NCBI GenBank assembly: GCA_963842975.1
Contig: CAWJIH010000006.1
Location: 87,331-151,330, forward strand
Reading direction: 5' to 3'
Origin: an uncultured Actinomycetes bacterium
GTDB lineage: Bacteria; Actinomycetota; Actinomycetes; S36-B12; UBA10799
DNA length: 64,000 nucleotides
This document shows positions 38,619-48,197 of this stretch, one piece after another. The notes under the pieces are model-generated. The model was not told where the DNA came from. It did not search any database and was given only the letters and a program-made list of their open reading frames with translations. A program made the position numbers and the translations under genes. Positions within the stretch are counted from its first letter, which is position 1. Every line of letters begins with the position of its first letter.

Positions 38619-39632
38619 ATGCGTAAGCCTGTGACGTACGTAATGCCCGTGGCCGCGCTTGCCGCGGGAGCCTCGCTGTTGGCAGCAAGCCCGGCGATGG
38701 CGGACGAGGTGTCGGCCCCGGTCTCGTCGCTTGATGTGCCAGTGGCGCCCACGCCGACAACCACCGACCCGGTTGCGGTCGACGCCATCGGATCGAACGG
38801 CCCGTTGGAGTCAGAGTCCGCCCCCGCCGCGCTGCCTGCCGAGGCCCAAACCCCAACTTCGGAAGAACAGGGTGAGACCGCCCAAAGCACCGACGTCGAC
38901 GTCGTCGACGTACCGGTTGTTGAGGCGCCGGCTGTTGCAGCCCCGGTTGTTGAGGTCCCAGCCGTTGACGTCCCAGTGGCCGACTCCACAGTCGCCGAAC
39001 CGTCGGTTGCGGATGTACCACTCGAGGATGCTGCTCAGGTTGCAGCCAACGTTGCCGCGGAGCCTGCTGTTGCAGCCGCGGCCGCGGAGGTCGTGGTGGC
39101 CTCCGAGTCCAGCGCCGCCTCACAGGCGGCCTACGACCTAGCTGTGCGGGAAGCCGTCGCTGCCAAGTGGCGTTCCGAAGCGGCGGCCCGCGACGCCGCT
39201 ATTCGCGCCGCGGTTGCCGCGAAGTGGCGCTACGAGGCCGCAGTCCGGGAAGCCGTCGCCGCGAAGTGGCGCTACGAGGCCGCGATTCGTGCCGCCGTCG
39301 CCCAAAAGATGCGTGCGGAGGCTGCCTACGTCGCAGCAATCCAAGCCAACATGCGAGCCCGCGCCGCGGCGGCGGACCCCTTTGCCACGTCGCAGGCCTG
39401 GGCGAGCTCCTGGAAGGCGCAGAGTGTCATCCGCTGTGAATCCGGTGGCAATTACTCGATCAACACTGGTAACGGCTACTACGGAGCGTGGCAGTTCGAC
39501 TATCGCACTTGGCTCGGCAATGGTGGTGGCCAGTTCGCGCCCTACGCGCACATGGCGACACCAGCTCAGCAGAACTACATCGCCTACCGCACGTGGCAGG
39601 CCCGTGGCTGGCAGCCCTGGGCGTGCGCCTAG
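38619..39632 (+). CDS. Secreted Rpf/transglycosylase-domain protein with acidic linker and 14-aa repeats
   Basis: AAGGAGG RBS; signal peptide; CESGGNYSINTGNGYYGAWQFD...GWQPWAC. Confidence 0.9.
   Translation: MRKPVTYVMPVAALAAGASLLAASPAMADEVSAPVSSLDVPVAPTPTTTDPVAVDAIGSNGPLESESAPAALPAEAQTPTSEEQGETAQSTDVDVVDVPVVEAPAVAAPVVEVPAVDVPVADSTVAEPSVADVPLEDAAQVAANVAAEPAVAAAAAEVVVASESSAASQAAYDLAVREAVAAKWRSEAAARDAAIRAAVAAKWRYEAAVREAVAAKWRYEAAIRAAVAQKMRAEAAYVAAIQANMRARAAAADPFATSQAWASSWKAQSVIRCESGGNYSINTGNGYYGAWQFDYRTWLGNGGGQFAPYAHMATPAQQNYIAYRTWQARGWQPWACA
39140..39325 (+). repeat. Coding tandem repeat with a unit of about 42 bp (A-V/I-R-E/A-AVAAKWRYEA), about 4 copies
   Basis: gccgcgaagtggcgctacgaggccgc repeated; protein AVREAVAAKWRSEAA...AIRAAVAAKWRYEAAVREAVAAKWRYEAAIRAAVAQKMRAEAA. 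Confidence 0.8.
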
Positions 39633-39650
39633 GTGTAAAGCGCGAGTGAA

Positions 39651-39683
39651 AAAGGGGCCCCGGGTTGAACCCGGGGCCCCTTT
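39651..39683. terminator. Bidirectional intrinsic terminator between the convergent rpf and glgP genes
   Basis: AAAGGGGCCCCGGGTT-G-AACCCGGGGCCCCTTT perfect inverted repeat. Confidence 0.9.
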
Positions 39684-39699
39684 CACGTGTTCGGATTGT

Positions 39700-42147
39700 T
39701 CAGCCTGCGGTGGCGTGCCAGATCCGTTCCAGATAGTCGGAGATGGCACGGTCGGAGGAGAAGAAGCCGGTGCGTGCCACATTGAGAATCGCCATGCGGT
39801 TCCAGTGGTCGGGGTCGAGATACGCCGCTGACACCTGATCCTGGATGTCGATGTAGGCCCGATAGTCGGCGAAGACCAGGAACGGATCCGAATCCATGAG
39901 GTGGTCGACGACTGCGCTGCCGGCATCACGGGCGGAACCAAGCAACACACCGCCCTGGAGCGCATCGATTGCCCGGCGCAACTCCGGATCGCGGTGGTAG
40001 AAGTCGCGTGGCCGATAGCCCGATTCCTGCAGCTCGGTGACCTCATCGACGGTGAGGCCGAAGAGGAAGAAGTTGTCCCGACCGACAAGTTGCTCGATCT
40101 CGACGTTGGCGCCGTCCAAAGTTCCGACGGTCAGGGCGCCGTTGAGGGCGAACTTCATGTTGCCGGTGCCGGAGGCTTCCTTGCCCGCCATGGAAATCTG
40201 CTCGCTCAACTCAGTCGCCGGCACGATCGCTTGATTCATCACGACGTTGTAGTTGGCGGGGAAAGCGATGCGCAGTTTGCCGCGTACCACCGGGTCGGCC
40301 TCGATCGCCTTGGCGACGGCGAGAATCACTTCGATGGTCTGTTTCGCCATCACATAGCCGGGTGCGGCTTTGGCGCCGAACACGAATGTCCGTGGGACCA
40401 CCGGCGCGGATGGATTTGCCTTGATCCGCTGGTACAGCGTCACGATGTGGAGCAGCTTCAGGATCTGCCGCTTGTATTCGTGCAACCGCTTGACCATGAC
40501 GTCGAACATCGTCGAAGGATCGATGGAAATGTCGTCCCGGGTCGCCAGGAGAGCTGCCAACCGAGCTTTGTTCGCGCGCTTGACCGCTGCGAACTCCTCG
40601 CGGAAGGACGCGTCATCGGCGTAGGGGACCAGCCCTTCAAGTCGGTCGAGGTCGGCTTCCCACCCTGGTCCAATGGTGTCGGTGATCAACTTTGACAACC
40701 CCGGGTTTGCGACCCGAAGGAAGCGGCGGGGCGTGATGCCGTTGGTGACGTTGGTGAACTTCTCCGGCGACATCGTGGAGAAGTCGTGCAACACCCGATC
40801 CCGCAGCAGTTGCGAGTGCAACTCCGCCACCCCGTTGACTCGGTGGCTTCCCACCACCGCGAGGTGAGCCATCCGGACACCCCGCCACGGCTCCTCTTGG
40901 ATGATCGACATCCGTGACACGAGTGCGTGGTCGCCTGGGTATTTTGCCGCGACTTCCTCCAGGAAGCGGGCATTGATCTCGTAGATGATTTCCATGTGCC
41001 GTGGCAGCAGGCGTTCCATCAGGTCAACTGCCCACACCTCCAGGGCCTCCGGCATCAGAGTGTGGCAGGTGTAGTTGAAGGTGTGCGTAGTGATCTCCCA
41101 GGCGTCCTCCCACAGCATCCCTTGCTCGTCGACCAGGATTCGCATGAGTTCCGGGATCCCGATCACCGGGTGGGTGTCGTTGAGTTGGAAGACCACACGT
41201 TCGGGCAACTTGGTGAGGTCGAAACCATCGGGGAGGGTCTGGTCGATGAAGTCGCGAATCGAGGCCGCGGTGAAGAAGTACTGCTGGGAGAGGCGCAGTT
41301 CCTTGCCCTGTGGGGTGGAGTCCTCCGGGTACAGCACCTTGGACAGGTTGGAGGCCTTGACTTGTTCCTCGACTGCGTCGACGTAGTCGCCCCGGTTGAA
41401 GATAGACAGGTTGAATTCGTCCGGTGAGGCGGCAGCCCACAGTCGAAGCGTGTTGACGGCACCGTTCTGATAGCCCGGCACCAGGTAGTTGTAGGGAACC
41501 GCGTTTACCGTGTATTCGGGTACCCAGGTGGAGCGCAACTGGCCGAGTTCGTCGACGTGGCTCTCGGTGTGGCCACCGAAACCGATGGTTTGGGCCATGT
41601 GGGTGTGAGGGAACTCCCAGGGGTTGCCATCGCTGAGCCACTTGTCCGGCAGTTCCACCTGCCGACCATCTTCAAACACCTGTCGGAAGATGCCGTATTC
41701 ATATCTGATGCCGTACCCCACAGCCGGGATGCCCAAGGTGGCCAGGGAGTCGATGTAGCAAGCGGCAAGTCGTCCGAGGCCGCCATTGCCCAGTCCGGGC
41801 TCGGGTTCAATCTGCACCAACTCGTCGAGGTCGAGCCCAAGTTCACTCAGCGCTGCTCGCACGAGGCCTTCAATGTCGTATGCCAGCAGGGTGTTGAGCA
41901 ACTGCGGCCCGAGCAGGTACTCGGCGCTTAGGTAGGCCACCACCTTGGGGCCCTTCACGAATTGGTCGGCGAGGCGATCCATCCAGTCCTGCATCAACAA
42001 CCCGCGGACCGTCAGGCCGAGCGCCTGATACAGGTCGTTTTGACTGGCCCGGCTCAGGTCGACCCCTTGGGTCGTACGCAAGTTACGCATGTAGTCATGC
42101 GCGAGCTCGGCTGGGGTGATGTCGGGCGGGGAGAAATTATTGGTCAC
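39700..42147 (-). CDS. glgP: Glycogen/alpha-glucan phosphorylase
   Basis: GLGNGGLGRLAAC, QLNDTHP, KRLHEYKRQ and EASGTGNMKFALNG (PLP Lys). Confidence 0.97.
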   Translation of the reverse strand: MTNNFSPPDITPAELAHDYMRNLRTTQGVDLSRASQNDLYQALGLTVRGLLMQDWMDRLADQFVKGPKVVAYLSAEYLLGPQLLNTLLAYDIEGLVRAALSELGLDLDELVQIEPEPGLGNGGLGRLAACYIDSLATLGIPAVGYGIRYEYGIFRQVFEDGRQVELPDKWLSDGNPWEFPHTHMAQTIGFGGHTESHVDELGQLRSTWVPEYTVNAVPYNYLVPGYQNGAVNTLRLWAAASPDEFNLSIFNRGDYVDAVEEQVKASNLSKVLYPEDSTPQGKELRLSQQYFFTAASIRDFIDQTLPDGFDLTKLPERVVFQLNDTHPVIGIPELMRILVDEQGMLWEDAWEITTHTFNYTCHTLMPEALEVWAVDLMERLLPRHMEIIYEINARFLEEVAAKYPGDHALVSRMSIIQEEPWRGVRMAHLAVVGSHRVNGVAELHSQLLRDRVLHDFSTMSPEKFTNVTNGITPRRFLRVANPGLSKLITDTIGPGWEADLDRLEGLVPYADDASFREEFAAVKRANKARLAALLATRDDISIDPSTMFDVMVKRLHEYKRQILKLLHIVTLYQRIKANPSAPVVPRTFVFGAKAAPGYVMAKQTIEVILAVAKAIEADPVVRGKLRIAFPANYNVVMNQAIVPATELSEQISMAGKEASGTGNMKFALNGALTVGTLDGANVEIEQLVGRDNFFLFGLTVDEVTELQESGYRPRDFYHRDPELRRAIDALQGGVLLGSARDAGSAVVDHLMDSDPFLVFADYRAYIDIQDQVSAAYLDPDHWNRMAILNVARTGFFSSDRAISDYLERIWHATAG

Positions 42148-42275
42148 GGTGCAGCCTTCCGGTGGCGGACGTCGTGGAGAGCCTAATGCGACCTTGGGCG
42201 CTATGACAGTTCGCAGAACGTATCGTTATCCAGCAGTTCAGCCGGCTGGGACGAAAAGCGACTTAGGCTTGTCCG

Positions 42276-43124
42276 GTGCTGATCGCATCAGACGACCCGC
42301 TGCGCCGCCTGGCAGTGCCATTACAACCAAAGCCGTTTCGGCTGGTGGTGGGCACACGGCCGGCGCAGCAGTGGCTGCTCCCCGGCGCGGATGGAGCACA
42401 TCAACTGGGGGTGAAGCGCGAGTTGCTGCGGCGACGAACCGCCGACGTGCTCAGGGTGATGCCAACTGCCCACGCGGGGGTCGCTGCGATGGTGGAGATG
42501 CTTGCGGCCGAGCGCCAATCGGATAATCCGCCCAGGGGAGCCCCCGGCTGGCCGAAAGGCATCGACGTTGACGTGAACTTCGCTGCCGCCGCAGGTGACG
42601 TGCAGGAGGACCTCTGCCTGATGCAGTACCAGCGTGGCCACTGGCGCCTCACTGCAGGCTGTGTCTGCTTTCCCAGCCACTGGCGGTTGGCGGACAAACT
42701 CGATGGTGGGCTGGACGCGATACATGAGCCTGTCCCTGGTTATGCCGAGCGGCTCGCGCTGGCCACAGCCAAGGCTTTCGACCGGGTCGCCGCTGGCACA
42801 GATCTAGTCGAACGGTTCAACTGGAGTTTGACTGACTCAACTGAACTTTTCGCGCCGTGGCCGTCCGAACCCCGGGGTGTTCCAGTCAGTGAGGTACCAG
42901 AACTGATCTGGCTGCGTACTGAGCGTCAGACGCTACGCCCGCTGCCGCGCGGACTGGGTGTCGTCTTCACTATTCGAACGTTCCTTACGCCGCTGCGAGA
43001 TTTCACGGAAGTGGAGCGGCAGGCGCTCGGTGAATCGTTGCGGGGTATGTCGGACGAATTGGCCGAATATCGATCCTCATTGGGGTACCGTGACACTGTC
43101 CTGGAATGGGCAGCCGAACGGTAG
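42276..43124 (+). CDS. DUF3445 / heme-dependent oxidative N-demethylase alpha-subunit-like protein
   Basis: VQEDLCLM, CFPSHW, IHEPVP, RFNWS, RTERQTL and VFTIRT motifs. Confidence 0.85.
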   Translation: MLIASDDPLRRLAVPLQPKPFRLVVGTRPAQQWLLPGADGAHQLGVKRELLRRRTADVLRVMPTAHAGVAAMVEMLAAERQSDNPPRGAPGWPKGIDVDVNFAAAAGDVQEDLCLMQYQRGHWRLTAGCVCFPSHWRLADKLDGGLDAIHEPVPGYAERLALATAKAFDRVAAGTDLVERFNWSLTDSTELFAPWPSEPRGVPVSEVPELIWLRTERQTLRPLPRGLGVVFTIRTFLTPLRDFTEVERQALGESLRGMSDELAEYRSSLGYRDTVLEWAAER

Positions 43125-43407
43125 TCAGGCACTGAGCGGCCTGGTGCAGGAGCACCACAGTGCCAGGGTGGCTTTGCACATGACTCTGGCAACCGTTGGT
43201 AGTGGTGTAGATCGACTGAACGGGAGTAGTGCGCAGCATCGTGTTGAAGTGCGATAGCGGATTCGCGGATGTCGCTGTGACGCATGCGACTACTGGTGCT
43301 CGTGAGACGGGTGTTGTTAATGGGGCCAACGTTGCTATAGTGGCGCCTGTCCAGCCGAACTTCACGAGGGCGCAGGGGAAGGCGACTCTCAATCGAGGAG
43401 GACGGTC

Positions 43408-43950
43408 GTGACATCACACATCGGTGTGGCTGGCGGCGTGAGCCAAGCGCGTGGCGTCGTGTTCGTCCACACCTGCACAAAAGCAATGAGTGCTCACGTG
43501 TCGTGGGCGCTCGAGCGGGTGCTGGGCACGGAAGTGAACCTCGAGTTCACTCCGCAGCCGGCGCTCGAAGGTTCCTTGCGCTGCGAATACTCCTGGGTTG
43601 GTTCTCCGGGCTCGGCGTCGCGCATCGCCACCGATTTGCGGGCCTTTCCAGGCCTTCGCTTCGAGGTGACGGAGGAACCCACTCCAGGTACAGATGGCGA
43701 GCGGTACTCCTGCACGCCCGACCTGGGCATTTTCCGTGCCAACATCGCCACGAACGGCGATGTGATGGTCGGTGAAGAGCAACTCCGCGAAATGCTGGGG
43801 CGTTCAATGGCGGCTTCGATCCTGGGCGAAGAGTTCAACATGGAAGACGAACTTGAACTTCTGATGGGACGCCCGTGGGACGACGAGTTGGAGCCGTTCC
43901 GTCACGCAGGTGACGGTGCTCCGGTGCGCTGGCTAAATCAAGTCGGCTAG
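43408..43950 (+). CDS. DUF3145 family protein
   Basis: RGVVFVH, LRFEVTEEP, TPDLGIF and WDDELEPFRHAGDGAPVRWL motifs. Confidence 0.9.
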   Translation: MTSHIGVAGGVSQARGVVFVHTCTKAMSAHVSWALERVLGTEVNLEFTPQPALEGSLRCEYSWVGSPGSASRIATDLRAFPGLRFEVTEEPTPGTDGERYSCTPDLGIFRANIATNGDVMVGEEQLREMLGRSMAASILGEEFNMEDELELLMGRPWDDELEPFRHAGDGAPVRWLNQVG

Positions 43951-43983
43951 CCCTGCGACGGGCCGCCTAGCAGTGTGAAGGCC

Positions 43984-44018
43984 GCGCGCCGGACCGGATG
44001 TCGTCCGGCCCGGCGCGC
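43984..44018. terminator. GC-rich hairpin between the convergent DUF3145 and aceE genes
   Basis: GCGCGCCGGACCGGA...TCCGGCCCGGCGCGC. Confidence 0.6.
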
Positions 44019-44042
44019 GCCGCGTTCTCAGCCGCCGCGTTC

Positions 44043-46772
44043 TCAGCCGCCGCCTTCGGTGCTGCCGGCGTCAGCTGCGGCTGGATCCCACAGCCGGTAG
44101 CGGTTGATGGCCTCGGCGACCTGAGCCGGGTCGACTTCGCCACGTCGCGACAGCGCCGAGAGGGTCTGGACTGTGATGGATTCGGCGTCGACCAGGAAGT
44201 GCCTCCGCAGGGCGCCTCGAGTATCGGACATGCCCCAACCGTCGGTGCCTAGGGTGTAGTAGTCGGCTGGCACCCATGGACGGATCAAGTCCTGTACGGC
44301 AGTCATGTAGTCGGACACCGCGATGACCGGACCGGGCTGCCCGGTCAGCTTCTGGGTAACGAAGGCTGTGCGCGGTGGAGCCGTCGGTTGGGTGAGGTTG
44401 TGGTAATCCACTGCGAGGCCATCTCGACGCAACTCGGTCCAGGAAGTCACCGACCACACCGACGCGGACACTCCCCATTCCTCAGCGAGCAGCTGTTGCG
44501 CCTTCATCGCCCAAGGCAGGGAGATCCCGGCCGCCAGGATCTGTGCTTGTGGGCCGCTGGCCGACGGCGCGGGAGCGACGAGGTGCATGCCGCGCAGAAT
44601 GCCTTCGACGTCCACGTCCGCGGGCTGCGCCGGCTGCGGAATCGGCTCGTTGTAGACGGTGAGGTAGTAGAAGATGTCTTCACTATTCTCGCCATACATT
44701 CGGCGCAGACCGTCCTTGACGATGTGCACGATCTCGTAGCCGTAGGCGGGGTCGTAATAGACCAGCGCTGGGTTTGTGGCAGCCATGAGGGGCGAATGGC
44801 CGTCCTGGTGCTGCAGGCCCTCGCCATTCAGCGTGGTTCGGCCAGCTGTCGCGCCGATGATGAAACCACGTGCCCGTTGGTCCATCGCGAGCCAGAACTG
44901 ATCACCGGTGCGCTGGTAGCCGAACATCGAGTAGAAGATGTACACCGGAATCATGGGCTCGTCGTGGGTGGAATACGAGGTTCCAACAGCAGCGAAGGAC
45001 GCCATCGAACCGGCTTCGTTGATGCCCTCGTGGAGAATTTGCCCGGCTGGACTCTCCTTGTAGGAAAGCAACAGTTCCCGGTCCACCGCGGTGTACAACT
45101 GCCCTTGCTGGTTGAAGATCTTCTGGGTCGGGAACATCGCATCCACCCCGAAGGTGCGGGCCTCGTCCGGAATGATCGGGACGATCCGGTGGCCAATCTC
45201 GGGGTCCTTGACGAGGTCCTTGAGCAGTCGGACGAACGCCATCGTGGTGGCGACCTCTTGCTTGCCGGAGCCCTTGGTCATGACCTGGTAGGTCTTGTCC
45301 CCAGGGAGCACCAACGGACGGGATTCGTCCCTGCGGGTCGGCACGAAGCCGCCCAGGGCGTGTCGGTGGTCGATGGCGTATTGCACCACCGGGTCGTTCA
45401 CGCCGGGGTTGTAGTAGGGCGGCAGGTAGGGGTCGAGTTCGGAATCCGGAATGGGGATCTCGAGCCGGTCGCGCAGACCCTTGATGTCATCCAGGGTCAT
45501 CTTCTTCATCTGATGGGTGGAGTTGCGGCCCTCGAAGTGCGAACCGAGCGTGTAGCCCTTCACCGTCTTGGCCAGGATCACCGTGGGGCGGCCCTTGTGC
45601 GCCATCGCAGCGGCGTAGGCGGCATGCAGTTTCGTGTAGTCGTGACCGCCTCGGTAGAGGCCCCAGATCTCGTCGTCGGTCCAGTCGGCAACCATCGCCG
45701 CGGTGCGTGGGTCGCGGTTGAAGAAGTACTCACGAATGAAGCCGCCGTCCTCGGCCTTCATCGTCTGGTAGTCGCCGTCAAGGGTGTTGTTCATCAGGTT
45801 GACGAGGGCGCCTTCGGTGTCCATCGCGAGGAGTCGATCCCATGGCGAGCCCCAGATCACCTTGATCACGTTCCATCCGGCACCGCGGTACAGCGCTTCC
45901 AGTTCCTGGATGATCTTGCCGTTGCCGTTCACCGGTCCGTCGAGCCGCTGCAGGTTGCAGTTGATCACGAAGGTGAGGTTGTCAAGTTCCTCCCGCGCGG
46001 CCAGGTTGATCTTGCCGAGCGTTTCCGGCTCGTCAGTCTCGCCGTCGCCGACGAACGCCCATACATGCTGGTTGGACGTGTCTTTGATACCGCGGCCAGC
46101 CAGGTAGCGGTTGAACCGCGCCTGGTAGATCGCGTGCAATGGCCCCAGGCCCATGGAGACGGTTGGAAACTGCCAATAGGCCTGAGTGAGCCGCGGGTGC
46201 GGGTAGGACGGCAAACCGCCACCGGCGTGGGAGAGTTCCTGCCGGAATCCATCCATTCGGTTGGCATCAACGCGACCCAGAAGGAAGGAGCGGGCGTAGA
46301 TCCCAGGGGAGGCGTGACCTTGGAAAAACACCTGATCGCCGCCACCGGGATGGTCTGGACCCTTGAAGAAGTGATTGAACGCGACTTCGTACAGCGTGGC
46401 CGACGAGGCGAACGTGGAAATGTGCCCACCGACACCGATCCCTGGCCGCTGCGCCCGGTGCACCATCACCGCGGCGTTCCAGCGCACCATTTTGGCGAAA
46501 CGCTTCTCCACCGTAATGTCGCCCGGGTACACCGGCTCGCTATCCGGGTGGATGCTGTTGATGTAGTCCGTCTGCCGCACGTCCGGAACACCGAGATCAA
46601 GCTCGGAGGACCGGCGCTGCAACTCACGCATGATGAAGCGGGCGCGATCGGCGCCTTCCTCGCGTGCCAACGATTCCAGGGAGTCCAGCCACTCGCTGCT
46701 CTCGGACGGATCCGGATCGACGTACTGATGGGGGAGGGATAGTGGCGATTTCTGGATCCGGGCTTCACTCAC
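44043..46772 (-). CDS. aceE: Pyruvate dehydrogenase E1, homodimeric type
   Basis: [46 protein letters not shown] and GEGLQH motifs. Confidence 0.98.
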   Translation of the reverse strand: MSEARIQKSPLSLPHQYVDPDPSESSEWLDSLESLAREEGADRARFIMRELQRRSSELDLGVPDVRQTDYINSIHPDSEPVYPGDITVEKRFAKMVRWNAAVMVHRAQRPGIGVGGHISTFASSATLYEVAFNHFFKGPDHPGGGDQVFFQGHASPGIYARSFLLGRVDANRMDGFRQELSHAGGGLPSYPHPRLTQAYWQFPTVSMGLGPLHAIYQARFNRYLAGRGIKDTSNQHVWAFVGDGETDEPETLGKINLAAREELDNLTFVINCNLQRLDGPVNGNGKIIQELEALYRGAGWNVIKVIWGSPWDRLLAMDTEGALVNLMNNTLDGDYQTMKAEDGGFIREYFFNRDPRTAAMVADWTDDEIWGLYRGGHDYTKLHAAYAAAMAHKGRPTVILAKTVKGYTLGSHFEGRNSTHQMKKMTLDDIKGLRDRLEIPIPDSELDPYLPPYYNPGVNDPVVQYAIDHRHALGGFVPTRRDESRPLVLPGDKTYQVMTKGSGKQEVATTMAFVRLLKDLVKDPEIGHRIVPIIPDEARTFGVDAMFPTQKIFNQQGQLYTAVDRELLLSYKESPAGQILHEGINEAGSMASFAAVGTSYSTHDEPMIPVYIFYSMFGYQRTGDQFWLAMDQRARGFIIGATAGRTTLNGEGLQHQDGHSPLMAATNPALVYYDPAYGYEIVHIVKDGLRRMYGENSEDIFYYLTVYNEPIPQPAQPADVDVEGILRGMHLVAPAPSASGPQAQILAAGISLPWAMKAQQLLAEEWGVSASVWSVTSWTELRRDGLAVDYHNLTQPTAPPRTAFVTQKLTGQPGPVIAVSDYMTAVQDLIRPWVPADYYTLGTDGWGMSDTRGALRRHFLVDAESITVQTLSALSRRGEVDPAQVAEAINRYRLWDPAAADAGSTEGGG

Positions 46773-46835
46773 AAGGTGCTCCTGGCGGGTTGGGCGGGCA
46801 ATTGGCTGGGGGCGTGGACGGGTGTGTGCAGGTGG

Positions 46836-47654
46836 CTAAAGTCGGTGAACTACGGGGGCCGACAGCGGCCCGAGACTGTCCGGGTTGGCGAAGGACTTCT
46901 TGAACGAGTTGGCCACTGTGGCGGCCTGGAAGCCATCCACGAATCGATGATCGAGAGTCGCCGTCACAGTGAGACCCTTGCGTACCTCGGGCCGGCCGTC
47001 AATCGGGAACACCATGTCGCGGACTGCGCCGACGGTGAGGTACAGCGGGACTCGTGCGAACGGAGTTGGTGGTACGAAAGCTTCGTCAACTCCCAGCATG
47101 CCGACACTGGTGACGATGGCCGACCCAAACGGGTACCGCGGCTGGCCTCCGAAAGATTTCCCCAGGGAGGTGGTCATGAAGCCGGCCACAGTGAAGACCC
47201 GTCGCAGCGCCCAGGTCGGCAACTTGGCGGAGATCTCCGAACTCTTCTTGAAGTTGTCATCACGGCCGGTGCGCACTCGATGAGCGCCGGCGTGAAGTTG
47301 ATGTGCCACCTCGGCCGGACTCAACGTGTCGATATTGCGCACGAGCACTTGAGCGAGTTGTTCGCCATCATCCACCTGCACCAGGAAGGAGATGTTCACC
47401 TCGTCGTAGGCGTAATACTTGCCGAACGAGATAAAACCGTTGAGGGTCGGCTCGGCCGCCAGCGCGCGGCCCACTGCTGCCCCCACGAAGGAGGTGATGG
47501 TGACCTTCTCGCCAGAGGCTTGCCGGGCTCGGTGAAGGTAGTCGAGGGCCGCCGTAGCTTCCAAGGTAATCACGCCGTGGATGAGGCCCGCCCGCGGCGG
47601 TTTCCAGGTAGCGATGGTCATGCGCCGACGGGTCGACATCAATTCGCGGGGCAT
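46836..47654 (-). CDS. 2-oxoacid dehydrogenase E2-like acyltransferase, catalytic domain only
   Basis: TATLDHRFVDG (DHRxxDG) and TSVGMLG; no lipoyl domain. Confidence 0.85.
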   Translation of the reverse strand: MPRELMSTRRRMTIATWKPPRAGLIHGVITLEATAALDYLHRARQASGEKVTITSFVGAAVGRALAAEPTLNGFISFGKYYAYDEVNISFLVQVDDGEQLAQVLVRNIDTLSPAEVAHQLHAGAHRVRTGRDDNFKKSSEISAKLPTWALRRVFTVAGFMTTSLGKSFGGQPRYPFGSAIVTSVGMLGVDEAFVPPTPFARVPLYLTVGAVRDMVFPIDGRPEVRKGLTVTATLDHRFVDGFQAATVANSFKKSFANPDSLGPLSAPVVHRL

Positions 47655-47664
47655 GGTCGCAGTC

Positions 47665-48102
47665 CTATCGCTTGGCACGTGGACTGACGAGGCGAGTGCC
47701 CTGCCAGTCTTTGGATGCGCTGATGGTGGAGGTCTGCTGGAGTCCAGCCACCGGGGACGCCTCAGCGATGTCGGCGGCCTCAATGTGACCGTCGCGTCCG
47801 GCTTTCGGCGTCAGGAGCCAGACCGTGCCGTGGTCAGCAAGTGGGGTGATGGCGTCCATGAGGGCGTCCACCAAGTCGCCGTCGTCCTCGCGGAACCAGA
47901 GCAACACGACGTCCACAACTTCGTCGGAGTCCTCGTCCACCAATCCAGTGCCAGCGGTGTTGGCCACCGCGTCGCGCAGCGAATCGTCACAGTCGGTGTC
48001 CCAACCGATCTCCATCACAGCATCGCCGGCCTTGATGCCCAGCACGCTCGCCGGGCCCGTGGTCGCGGTCAACGTTCCTCCCTTAGCTGTTCCAGGCGAC
48101 AT
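47665..48102 (-). CDS. DUF3052 family protein
   Basis: EIGWDTDCD, VDVVLLWFREDDGDLVDAL and WLLTPKAGR motifs. Confidence 0.9.
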   Translation of the reverse strand: MSPGTAKGGTLTATTGPASVLGIKAGDAVMEIGWDTDCDDSLRDAVANTAGTGLVDEDSDEVVDVVLLWFREDDGDLVDALMDAITPLADHGTVWLLTPKAGRDGHIEAADIAEASPVAGLQQTSTISASKDWQGTRLVSPRAKR

Positions 48103-48197
48103 TCGTCGGCCCGAGCGTCAGTCCACCCGACTCGGGTGGCTCATGCAACACCAAGTCCCATATTGCCTGGATCGTGTGGATGAAGTCGCGTGAACGG

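Noticed and set aside
27633-39690. Prophage or integrative element at tRNA(CAT)
   Set aside because: No integrase, structural or transfer genes, and no duplicated tRNA 3' end seen by eye; the Imm-like gene alone is insufficient
44388-46742. 784-aa ORF antisense to aceE (also 17481..18605, 7651..8838, 61797..63035 and 63047..63982)
   Set aside because: Shadow ORFs expected from high-GC codon bias; no motifs, and fully overlapping well-supported genes
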